A DNA stretch of 32,000 nucleotides from Cupriavidus necator (lineage in GTDB: Bacteria; Pseudomonadota; Gammaproteobacteria; Burkholderiales; Burkholderiaceae): assembly GCF_016127575.1 (NCBI RefSeq), contig NZ_CP066018.1, positions 2,190,001-2,222,000 on the forward strand, in the 5' to 3' direction. Position numbers and translations under genes: made by a program. Shown piece by piece: positions 20,127 to 27,898 of this stretch (the stretch's first letter is position 1; the number at the start of each line of letters is the position of its first letter). The notes under the pieces were generated by a model. The model was not told the DNA's origin, ran no database searches, and was given only the letters and a program-made list of their open reading frames with translations.

Positions 20127-20155
20127 CTGACAGCGTGCTGTCAGGAGCGTGTCAG
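20127..20155. promoter_or_regulatory. Candidate operator: 18-bp palindrome plus a third half-site upstream of the VOC gene
   Basis: CTGACAGC-GT-GCTGTCAG (20127-20144, perfect 8-bp arms), then TGTCAG again at 20150-20155, overlapping the lrgB stop codon. It lies 60-90 nt upstream of the VOC start. Confidence 0.4.
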
Positions 20156-20877
20156 TGTGGCATCCACGCCGCCATCACCGGCACCATGATCGCCGTCAGC
20201 ACGCCGTTCAGGCCCATGCCCAGCGCGGCAAAGGCGCCGGCTTCCTGGTTGACCTGGAAGGCGCGAGCGGTGCCGATGCCGTGGGCTGCCACGCCGGTGG
20301 CGAAACCGCGCACGCTGTAGTCGCGGATGCGCAGCAGGTTCAGCACGCTGGTGGCGCTGACCGCGCCGATGATGCCGGTGGCCATCACCAGCACCGCGGT
20401 CAGCGAGGGCAGCCCGCCGATCTTCTCGGCCACGCCCATGGCGATCGGGATCGTCACCGACTTGGGCGCGAGCGAGCGCACGGTCTCGGGCGATGCGCCC
20501 AGCAGCCAGGCAATTCCCACCGCCGACACCACCGCCACCACCGAGCCCGCCACCAGTCCTGCCAGCAGCGGGAACACATGGGTGCGCAGCTTGGGCAGCT
20601 GCAGGTACAGCGGCACCGCCAGTGCCACCGTGGCCGGCCCCAGCAGGAAGTGCACGAACTGCGCGCCGTCGAAGTAGGTCTTGTAGGGCGTGCCGGTGAC
20701 GGTCAGCACCGTGACCAGCAGCGCCACCGCGATCATCACCGGGTTGGCCAGCGGCGAGAAGCGCGAACGCTCATAGATGCGGAAGGCAAAGACGTAGGCC
20801 AGCAGCGTGGCGGTCAGCCCGACCAGCGGGCTCGCGGCCAGGTAGACCCAGATCTCGTTGAGGCGGGGCGTCATCAT
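20152..20877 (-). CDS. lrgB: LrgB/CidB-family membrane protein
   Basis: Start at ATGATG 20877, giving 241 aa. It is polytopic (LVGLTATLLAYVFAF..., PKSVTIPIAMGVAEKIGG..., GFATGVAAHGIGTARA), which fits LrgB. It overlaps lrgA by 4 nt (ATGA). Confidence 0.9.
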   Translation of the reverse strand: MMTPRLNEIWVYLAASPLVGLTATLLAYVFAFRIYERSRFSPLANPVMIAVALLVTVLTVTGTPYKTYFDGAQFVHFLLGPATVALAVPLYLQLPKLRTHVFPLLAGLVAGSVVAVVSAVGIAWLLGASPETVRSLAPKSVTIPIAMGVAEKIGGLPSLTAVLVMATGIIGAVSATSVLNLLRIRDYSVRGFATGVAAHGIGTARAFQVNQEAGAFAALGMGLNGVLTAIMVPVMAAWMPH

Positions 20878-21251
20878 GCCTGCTCTCCTTTCGCATCGGC
20901 GGGCGGGACATCGGCGCGCTTGCGCATCAGCATGCGCGTGACCACGGCGGTGGTGGCGATGGCCAGCCAGGTGGACACCACCAGCGCCACCAGGATCGGC
21001 ATCCATTCGCCCTCGATGCGGTTGGCATGGACCATGATGCCGACGCCGGCCGGCACGAACAGCAGCGACAGGTGCTTGAGCAGCTCAGTGGTGGTGCCCT
21101 GGATGATGGGCAGCAGGCGGTCGTCGAAGGCGAGCCAGCCGAACAGCAGGATCATACCCAGCACGGGGCCGGGCACCGGCAGGGTCAGCGCGTAGCTGAT
21201 CACCTCACCGATGGACTGGAAAACCAACAGGATTGCAAAGGTCTGGAGCAT
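20874..21251 (-). CDS. lrgA: LrgA/CidA-family (holin-like) membrane protein
   Basis: 125 aa with four hydrophobic helices (MLQTFAILLVFQSIGEVISYAL..LPVPGPVLGMILLF...LSLLFVPAGVGIM), as in LrgA. It is translationally coupled to lrgB. Confidence 0.87.
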   Translation of the reverse strand: MLQTFAILLVFQSIGEVISYALTLPVPGPVLGMILLFGWLAFDDRLLPIIQGTTTELLKHLSLLFVPAGVGIMVHANRIEGEWMPILVALVVSTWLAIATTAVVTRMLMRKRADVPPADAKGEQA

Positions 21252-21330
21252 GGGGGCGTGGCGTTTGGTCGCAGGTGCGCGGCGCGCGTCCGGAAGGGAT
21301 GCGCGCTGCCGCCCATGCTGCCCGCCCGCG

Positions 21331-22584
21331 CTAGCCGAGCATCTTGTCGACCAGTTCGATCCAGTGCATCACCGGGGTGCCGGTGCCGCCCTGCAGGTGC
21401 GCGATGCAGCCGATATTGGCCGAGACGATGGCTTCGGGCTGCGTGGCCTGCAGTTTGGCGAGCTTGTCGTCGCGCAGGCGGTAGGCCAGTTCCGGCTGCA
21501 ACACCGAATAAGTGCCCGCCGAGCCGCAGCACAGGTGGCTGTCAGCGCAGAGTTTGACTTCGACGCCGAGGCCGGTCAAGAGCGCTTCGACTTTGCCGCG
21601 GATCTGCTGGCCGTGCTGCAGCGTGCAGGGCGGGTGGTAAGCCACGCGCCGGTTGTCGCGCGGGACCGCGCCGGCCAGGGTGTGCAGCTCGTCGGCAAAG
21701 TCCGGCAAGACTTCGGACAGGTCGCGCGTCAGCGCCGAGACGCGGCGGGCGCGCTCGGCGTACTTCGGATCGTTGCGCAGCAGGTGGCCGTAGTCCTTGA
21801 CCATCGCGCCGCAGCCCGAGGCGGTCATCACGATGGCCTCGGCGCCGTCCTCGATATGCGGCCACCAGGCATCGATATTGCGGCGCATATTGTCGAGGCC
21901 GCCGTCGTGGTCGCCGGTGTGGAAGCGGATCGCGCCGCAGCAGCCGGCTTCGCGCGCCACCAGCAGTTGTACGCCGACACGGTCGAACACACGCGCAGTT
22001 GCGGCATTGATGTTGGGCGACATTGCCGGCTGCACGCAGCCGTCGAGCAACAACATCTTGCGTGCATGCGCATTGCGCGGCCACGTGCCGGGCGCGGCGG
22101 TGCTGGACAGCGCCGGCACCTTGTTGCGCAGCGTGCCCGGCAGCAGCGGCCGCACCATCTGGCCCAGGCGCAGCGCCGTGCCGAACAGCGCAGGGCGCGT
22201 CAGCCCCTCGCGCAGCACCCAGCGCGCGATGCGCTCGCGGGCGGGGCGCTGCACGCCTTCGGCCTCGAGCTTGTCGTCGACCAGCTTGCGGCCGATATCG
22301 ACCAGGCGGCCGTAGCGCACGCCCGACGGGCAGGTCGATTCGCAGTTGCGGCAGGTCAGGCAGCGGTCCAGGTGCAGGCGCGTGCTTTCGGTGATGGCAT
22401 GGCCTTCCAGCACCTGCTTCATCAGGTAGATGCGCCCGCGCGGGCCGTCCAGCTCATCGCCGAGCAACTGGTAGGTGGGGCAGGTGGCGGTGCAGAAGCC
22501 GCAATGCACGCAGTTGCCGACGATGGATTTGGCTTCCTCGCCTTCGGGCGTGTTGCGAAGAAAATCGGCCAGGTTCGTTTGCAT
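21331..22584 (-). CDS. glcF: Glycolate oxidase iron-sulfur subunit GlcF
   Basis: 417 aa with two 4Fe-4S ferredoxin Cys clusters (CVHCGFCTATCP, CLTCRNCESTCP) and C-terminal CCG-type Cys-rich repeats (CCG at REAGCCGA and HLCCGSAG). Confidence 0.96.
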   Translation of the reverse strand: MQTNLADFLRNTPEGEEAKSIVGNCVHCGFCTATCPTYQLLGDELDGPRGRIYLMKQVLEGHAITESTRLHLDRCLTCRNCESTCPSGVRYGRLVDIGRKLVDDKLEAEGVQRPARERIARWVLREGLTRPALFGTALRLGQMVRPLLPGTLRNKVPALSSTAAPGTWPRNAHARKMLLLDGCVQPAMSPNINAATARVFDRVGVQLLVAREAGCCGAIRFHTGDHDGGLDNMRRNIDAWWPHIEDGAEAIVMTASGCGAMVKDYGHLLRNDPKYAERARRVSALTRDLSEVLPDFADELHTLAGAVPRDNRRVAYHPPCTLQHGQQIRGKVEALLTGLGVEVKLCADSHLCCGSAGTYSVLQPELAYRLRDDKLAKLQATQPEAIVSANIGCIAHLQGGTGTPVMHWIELVDKMLG

Positions 22585-22627
22585 GGTGTGGGGAGGTTGT
22601 GCCGGGGGGATGCCTGGACGTGCCGGG

Positions 22628-23731
22628 TCAGAGCCCGGGGTACATGCGCTGCGGGTTGAAGATGCCGGCCGGGTCGAAGGTCTCTTTCAGGCGGCGGTGG
22701 ATCGCGGCCAGCGGCGAGGCCAGCGGCGTGAACACGCCCACTGACTTGTCGCCATTGCGGAACAGCGTGGCATGGCCGCCGGCGGCCTGCGCCACGGCGC
22801 GCACGCTTTCGGCATCGGTCTTGTCAGTGCCGTCCTCGGGCAGCCACCAGCGCTGGCCGCCGCCCCATTCGATCAGCTGTGGGCCCGGCAGCGCCAGCGG
22901 CGCGGCGATGGTGGGCACGGCCAGGCGCCACAGCGCGCGGCCCGCCTGGGCGGGGGCGAAGAACGGGTGGGTCTGCTCGCGCAGCGATTGCCACAGCGCC
23001 GCGGCTTCCGCAGCGTCCACGCGCTCGCCGCCCAGCCTGACGCACGCGGCGCGCACGGCGGCGGTGGCGCCGGCCAGGCGCACGTGCAGCACGCCCGCGT
23101 GCCAGGCCGAAGACGCCAGCGGCAGCGGCTGGCCGCCCCAACGGTTCAGGTGCTCGATGGCATCGGCCTGCGCCAGCTCGAAGCGCAGCGTGGCCTCGTC
23201 GAACGGTGCCGGCAGCACCTTGACCGACACCTGCAGGATCAGCCCGAGCGTGCCGAGCGAGCCCGCCAGCAGCCGCGACACGTCATAGCCCGCCACGTTC
23301 TTCATCACCTGGCCGCCGAAGTCCATCACCTCGCCGCGGCCGTCCATCAGCTGCGCGCCCAGCATGAAGTCGCGCAGCGCGCCCACCGACTGCCGGCGCG
23401 GGCCCGACAATCCCGCGGCCACGGCGCCGCCCAGCGTCGCGGTGCTGGGCTGGCCCGGCAGTGCGAAATGGGGCGGCTCGAAGGCCAGCATCTGGCGCTT
23501 CTCGGCCAGCGCCGCCTCGATCTCGGCCAGCGGCGTGCCGCAGCGCGCGGTGATCACCAGCTCGGCCGGGTCGTAGTCGACGATGCCGGCATAGGCGCGC
23601 GTGTCCAGCAGCTGGCCCGCGGCGGGCTGGCCGTAGAAGTCCTTGCTGCCGCCGCCGCGCAGCCGCAGCGCGGTGCGGGTCTCGGTGGCTTGCCTGACGG
23701 CGTCGCGGATGGCGTCGAGGGTGGCTTGCAT
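22628..23731 (-). CDS. glcE: Glycolate oxidase FAD-binding subunit GlcE
   Basis: 367 aa with an FAD_binding_4-type N-terminus (LRLRGGGSKDFYG, MKNVAGYDVSRLLAGSLGTLG). It lies between the channel gene and glcF. Confidence 0.94.
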   Translation of the reverse strand: MQATLDAIRDAVRQATETRTALRLRGGGSKDFYGQPAAGQLLDTRAYAGIVDYDPAELVITARCGTPLAEIEAALAEKRQMLAFEPPHFALPGQPSTATLGGAVAAGLSGPRRQSVGALRDFMLGAQLMDGRGEVMDFGGQVMKNVAGYDVSRLLAGSLGTLGLILQVSVKVLPAPFDEATLRFELAQADAIEHLNRWGGQPLPLASSAWHAGVLHVRLAGATAAVRAACVRLGGERVDAAEAAALWQSLREQTHPFFAPAQAGRALWRLAVPTIAAPLALPGPQLIEWGGGQRWWLPEDGTDKTDAESVRAVAQAAGGHATLFRNGDKSVGVFTPLASPLAAIHRRLKETFDPAGIFNPQRMYPGL

Positions 23732-23758
23732 ATGCGTCGTGGGGTAGGGAAGGCCGGC

Positions 23759-24676
23759 TCAGGAGCCGGCAGGTCCGCCGGGCACTTCCGGCCGGTCGTT
23801 CTGGTATTCGGGCAGCTGGCTGCCGCAATGCTTGCAGTAGCCGGCGTCGGGTTCGTGGCCCTCGGTCAGGCAATGGGTGCAGGTGCGCGTGGTGAGCGGC
23901 CGCTTCAGGATGCTGGCGGCCAGCTCGGCGCCGACGATACCGGTGGGGAAGGCGATGATGCCGTAGCCCAGCAGGATGGTCAGCGAGGTGATGAACTGCC
24001 CCAGCGGGGTCTTGGGCACCATGTCGCCGAAGCCCGTGGTGGTCAGCGTCACCACCGCCCAGTACATGCTGACCGGGATGCTGGTGAAGCCGTGCTGTGG
24101 GCCTTCCACCACGTACATTACCGTGCCCAGGATCACCGTGATGATGAACACCGTGCCCAGGAACACGAAGATCTTGCGGCGGCTGTTGACCAGCGCGCGG
24201 TACAGGATCTCGGCTTCCTCGAAGTACACGGTCAGCTTCAGGATCCGGAACACGCGCAGCAGCCGCAGCAGGCGCACGTCGATCAGGAAATGCAGCTCGG
24301 GCAGGAAGAAGGCCAGCCAGGTCGGCATGATCGAGACGAAGTCGATGATGCCGTAGAAGCTGAACACATAGCGCCACGGCCGGCGCACCACCAGGATGCG
24401 CATCACGTACTCGGCCGTGAAGAACAGCGTGAACATCCATTCCAGCACGGTGAACGCCAGCCCCAGGCGGTTGTTCACCGCGGGCAGGCTGTCGAGCATC
24501 ACCACCGTCACGCTGGCGACGATGGCCAGCAGCAGCGCGACATCGAAGAGCCGGCCCTCGCGGGTATCGGCCTCGAAGATGATGGTGTACCAGCGCTGGC
24601 GCCAGCCGGCCTCGGGCTGCCCCAGGCGCTGGCGGACGAACGCTTCCTGCTGCTGGCGTCGGCGTGGGCTGGACAT
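23759..24676 (-). CDS. Voltage-gated K+ channel homologue (6-TM, Kv/KvAP-like) with a C-terminal zinc-ribbon-like tail
   Basis: Start at ATG 24676, giving 305 aa. S4 is VRLLRLLRVFRILK (basic at every third residue), the pore is YWAVVTLTTTGFGDMVP, an S6 follows, and the tail is CTHC-X11-CKHC. The remaining N-terminal part of the 516-aa track ORF runs out of frame through glcD and is spurious. Confidence 0.9.
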   Translation of the reverse strand: MSSPRRRQQQEAFVRQRLGQPEAGWRQRWYTIIFEADTREGRLFDVALLLAIVASVTVVMLDSLPAVNNRLGLAFTVLEWMFTLFFTAEYVMRILVVRRPWRYVFSFYGIIDFVSIMPTWLAFFLPELHFLIDVRLLRLLRVFRILKLTVYFEEAEILYRALVNSRRKIFVFLGTVFIITVILGTVMYVVEGPQHGFTSIPVSMYWAVVTLTTTGFGDMVPKTPLGQFITSLTILLGYGIIAFPTGIVGAELAASILKRPLTTRTCTHCLTEGHEPDAGYCKHCGSQLPEYQNDRPEVPGGPAGS

Positions 24677-24684
24677 GGCGTGGC

Positions 24685-26199
24685 TCAGAAGCGCGGCAGT
24701 TCCGGGTGCGGCAGCAGGCCCCGCTTCACATGCATCTTGCCGTACTCCGCGCAGCGCGCCAGCGTGGGGATGGCCTTGTCCGGGTTGAGCAGCCGCGCCG
24801 GGTCGAAGGCGGCCTTGACGCCGAAGAAGGCATCGCGCTCGGCGGGCGAGAACTGCACGCACATCGAGTTGAGCTTCTCCACGCCCACGCCGTGCTCGCC
24901 GGTGACGGTGCCGCCCAGTTCCACGCAGGTTTCCAGGATGTCGGCGCCGAACAGCTCGGCGCGGTGCCATTGGTCCTGGTCCGCGCCATCGAACAGCACC
25001 AGCGGGTGCATGTTGCCGTCGCCGGCATGGAACACGTTGATGCAGCGCAGGCCGTACTTTTGCTCCATGGCTTCGATGCGCCTGAGCAGCGTGCCGATGT
25101 GCTTGCGCGGAATGGTGCCGTCCATGCAGTAGTAGTCCGGCGAGATCCGGCCGGCGGCGGGGAAGGCGTTCTTGCGGCCGCTCCAGAAGCGCAGGCGCTC
25201 GGCTTCGTTCTGCGAGACCACGATGCGGGTGCAGCCCGATGCCGTCAGCACCGCGCTCATGCGTTCGATTTCCTCGGCCACTTCTTCCGGGGTGCCGTCG
25301 GATTCGCACAGCAGGATGGCGGCGGCATCCAGGTCATAGCCCGCATGCACGAACTGCTCGACCGCGGCGGTGGCGGGCTTGTCCATCATTTCCAGTCCGG
25401 CCGGGATGATGCCGGCGGCGATCACGTCCGCCACCGCATTGCCGCCTTTCTCGACATCGTCGAAGCAGGCCATGATCACCTGCGCCAGCTGCGGCTTGGG
25501 GATCAGGCGCACCGTGACCTCGGTGACCACGGCCAGCATGCCTTCGGAGCCGATCAGCACGGCCAGCAGGTCCAGGCCCGGCGAGTCGGGGGCCTCGGAG
25601 CCGAACACCACCACCTCGCCCTCCATCGTCACCGCGCGCACGCGCAGCACGTTGTGCACGGTCAGGCCGTACTTCAGGCAGTGCACGCCGCCGGAGTTCT
25701 CGCTGACGTTGCCGCCGATGGTGCAGGCGATCTGCGAGGACGGGTCCGGCGCGTAGTACAGGTTGTGGGGTGCGGCGGCGTCGGAGATCGCCAGGTTGCG
25801 CACGCCCGGCTGGACCACCGCGGTGCGCGAGTACGGATCGACCGACAGGATGCGCTTGAACTTGGCCAGCGACAGCACCAGGCCCTCGGCGATCGGCATG
25901 GCGCCACCCGACAGGCTGGTGCCGGCGCCGCGCGGCACCACCGGCACGCCCAGCTTGTGGCACAGGCGCAGGATCGCGCAGACCTGTTCCTCGGTGTCGG
26001 GCAGGGCCACGGCCATCGGCACCTGGCGGTACGCGGCCAGGCCGTCGCATTCATAGGGGACGGTGTCTTCCGGCTTCCACAGCAGCGCGGCATCCGGCAG
26101 GATCTGCGCCAGGCCGGCCAGCAGCGCGCTGCGGCGGCCTTCGGCCGTGGCATGGGCGCCGTCGGGGGCGATGGTTTGGGCTTCGTGCGGGGCATTCAT
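24685..26199 (-). CDS. glcD: Glycolate oxidase subunit GlcD (FAD-linked)
   Basis: Start at ATG 26199 with AGGAG upstream, giving 504 aa. It has an FAD_binding_4 domain (VVPRGAGTSLSGGAMP) and an FAD-oxidase C-terminal motif HAGDGNMHPL...GGTVTGEHGVG. Confidence 0.96.
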   Translation of the reverse strand: MNAPHEAQTIAPDGAHATAEGRRSALLAGLAQILPDAALLWKPEDTVPYECDGLAAYRQVPMAVALPDTEEQVCAILRLCHKLGVPVVPRGAGTSLSGGAMPIAEGLVLSLAKFKRILSVDPYSRTAVVQPGVRNLAISDAAAPHNLYYAPDPSSQIACTIGGNVSENSGGVHCLKYGLTVHNVLRVRAVTMEGEVVVFGSEAPDSPGLDLLAVLIGSEGMLAVVTEVTVRLIPKPQLAQVIMACFDDVEKGGNAVADVIAAGIIPAGLEMMDKPATAAVEQFVHAGYDLDAAAILLCESDGTPEEVAEEIERMSAVLTASGCTRIVVSQNEAERLRFWSGRKNAFPAAGRISPDYYCMDGTIPRKHIGTLLRRIEAMEQKYGLRCINVFHAGDGNMHPLVLFDGADQDQWHRAELFGADILETCVELGGTVTGEHGVGVEKLNSMCVQFSPAERDAFFGVKAAFDPARLLNPDKAIPTLARCAEYGKMHVKRGLLPHPELPRF

Positions 26200-26450
26200 G
26201 AACGACTCCTGTGGGGCCTCCTGGATGGCGGCCGGTGCGCGGCCTGCCGGTCGCGGCAATGCAGGGCCTGCCGCGGGGACGGGTGACTATAGCGCAGGGC
26301 ACCTGGCGCGGGCACCACGGGACACGTGAAATCCGCATGGCAGGCCGATCAAAAATGCTCATCATGGCTGCGCGGGAAATCACTCCTGGCAGGCGACGCA
26401 AGTCCAGCGTACACCGCAGCGCGGGTGCAGGGAAGGCGGTCCGGCCGGAC

Positions 26451-26981
26451 TCAGCGTGCCGGCGGCTGCGGCAGGAAGCAGACCATGTCGAGCTTGTCGT
26501 GGAAGTGCGGCGCGACGTACAGCGCATCCGGCTCCAGCCCCGTGCGCACGAAGCCGAGCGACTCGTACAGCCGCACCGCGCCCGTGCTGCCGGCATTGAC
26601 GCACAGCGTCACCTGGCGCACGCCCGGCATGGCGGCGGCCTGTTCCATGGCCCGCTCCATCAGCGCGCGGCCGAGCTTGCGGTCGCGCCAGCCCGGGGCC
26701 ACGTACATGCCCCAGATAAAGGCCTTGTGCCGGTGCTTGGCGTTTTCCTCGCGCATCACCCCGACCACGCCGGCCAGCGCGCTGCCATCGCTGCCGTCGA
26801 CAAAGGCGCCGAATACGGCCTTGCCCTCGGTCGCGGCCAGGCGCCCGGCGACGACTTCCAGCGGCCGGTCCTGTTCCTCCTCCAGGCTGGAAGCGAAGGC
26901 TTCCGGCGCTTCGGCCAGGCCGTGCAGCCGCAGCGCCTGGAAGGCGGCGGCATCGGCGGGGGTCAGCAAGCGGATTTCCAT
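26451..26981 (-). CDS. GNAT-family N-acetyltransferase
   Basis: 176 aa with the acetyl-CoA-binding motif A region YVAPGWRDRKLGRALMERAMEQA and a C-terminal AVRLYESLGF. AGGAG overlaps the upstream LysR stop. Confidence 0.9.
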   Translation of the reverse strand: MEIRLLTPADAAAFQALRLHGLAEAPEAFASSLEEEQDRPLEVVAGRLAATEGKAVFGAFVDGSDGSALAGVVGVMREENAKHRHKAFIWGMYVAPGWRDRKLGRALMERAMEQAAAMPGVRQVTLCVNAGSTGAVRLYESLGFVRTGLEPDALYVAPHFHDKLDMVCFLPQPPAR

Positions 26982-26993
26982 GGGGTCAGTCTC

Positions 26994-27884
26994 CTACCAG
27001 TCCAGGCTCAGCAGCCAGTCGACGAAATAGCGCGCCTCGGGCTTGAGCGGGGCCTGTTCGCGCTCGACGATGTAGTAGCCGTGCGGCGAGACCGATTCCA
27101 CCTCCAGCAGCCGCACCATCTGCCCCAGCGACAGCCAGTGCCGCGCCATGCGCTGGCGCACCAGCGCCACGCCCTGGTTGGACGCGATCGCCTCCAGCAT
27201 CAGGCCGATGTCGTTGAACTGCGGCCCGGTCTGCGGCTCGGCCCAATCCAGCCCGGCAGTCTCGAACCACGGCTTCCACGGCTCCAGCGGACTGCGCAGC
27301 AGCACCAGGCCGTGCAGGTGCTCGGGCTTGGTGATGGCGCGGCCGTTGACGCGCTCGTAGTACTCGCGCCCGCACGCCGGGAACACCGGCTCGACCAGCA
27401 GCCGGGTGGTCTTCAGGTCAGGGTAGCGGCCGGTGCCGTAGCGGATCTCGACATCGGTGTCCTCGGCCTTGACGTCCAGGAACGGGATCGCCAGGTGCAG
27501 CTCGAGGTCGATATGCGGATACAGCGCGCCGAACTCGGGCAGGCGCGGCACCAGGTGCTGGCGCCCGAAGGTGGGCGGGATCGCCACCCGCAGCCGGGTG
27601 CGCAGCTTGTTGTATTCGGGCCGCGCCAGCTCGTTGAGCGACTTGAGCGCGTCCTGCACGTTGCGCAGATAGCGCGTGCCGGCGGCGGTCAGCCGCAGCG
27701 CCGCGTTGGCGCGCACGAACAGGTCTTCGCCCCACAGCTCCTCAAGATTCTTGATGCGGTGCGAGACCGCGCTGGGCGTGACCGACAGCTCTTCGGCCGC
27801 GCGCGCGAAGCTGCCCAGGCGCGCCGCTGCCTCGAAGGCGATCAGCAGGTGCAGCGGCGGGACGCGGTTGAACATGGAGGCCAT
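26994..27884 (-). CDS. LysR-family transcriptional regulator (GcvA-like subgroup)
   Basis: Start at ATG 27884 (MASMFNRVPPLHLLIAFEAAARLGSFARAAEELSVTPSAVSHRIKNLEE...), giving 296 aa. The upstream part of the 544-aa track ORF overlaps the FAD oxidase out of frame and is spurious. Confidence 0.92.
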   Translation of the reverse strand: MASMFNRVPPLHLLIAFEAAARLGSFARAAEELSVTPSAVSHRIKNLEELWGEDLFVRANAALRLTAAGTRYLRNVQDALKSLNELARPEYNKLRTRLRVAIPPTFGRQHLVPRLPEFGALYPHIDLELHLAIPFLDVKAEDTDVEIRYGTGRYPDLKTTRLLVEPVFPACGREYYERVNGRAITKPEHLHGLVLLRSPLEPWKPWFETAGLDWAEPQTGPQFNDIGLMLEAIASNQGVALVRQRMARHWLSLGQMVRLLEVESVSPHGYYIVEREQAPLKPEARYFVDWLLSLDW

Positions 27885-27898
27885 CAGCTCGGCACGCC

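Noticed and set aside
26051-26596. A minus-strand ORF whose internal ATGATG (about 26365) follows AGGAG in the glcD upstream gap (MMSIFDRPAMRISRVPWCPRQ...).
   Set aside because: It runs out of frame into glcD, its translation is Arg/Pro-rich, and it is not compatible with the well-supported glcD start at 26199.
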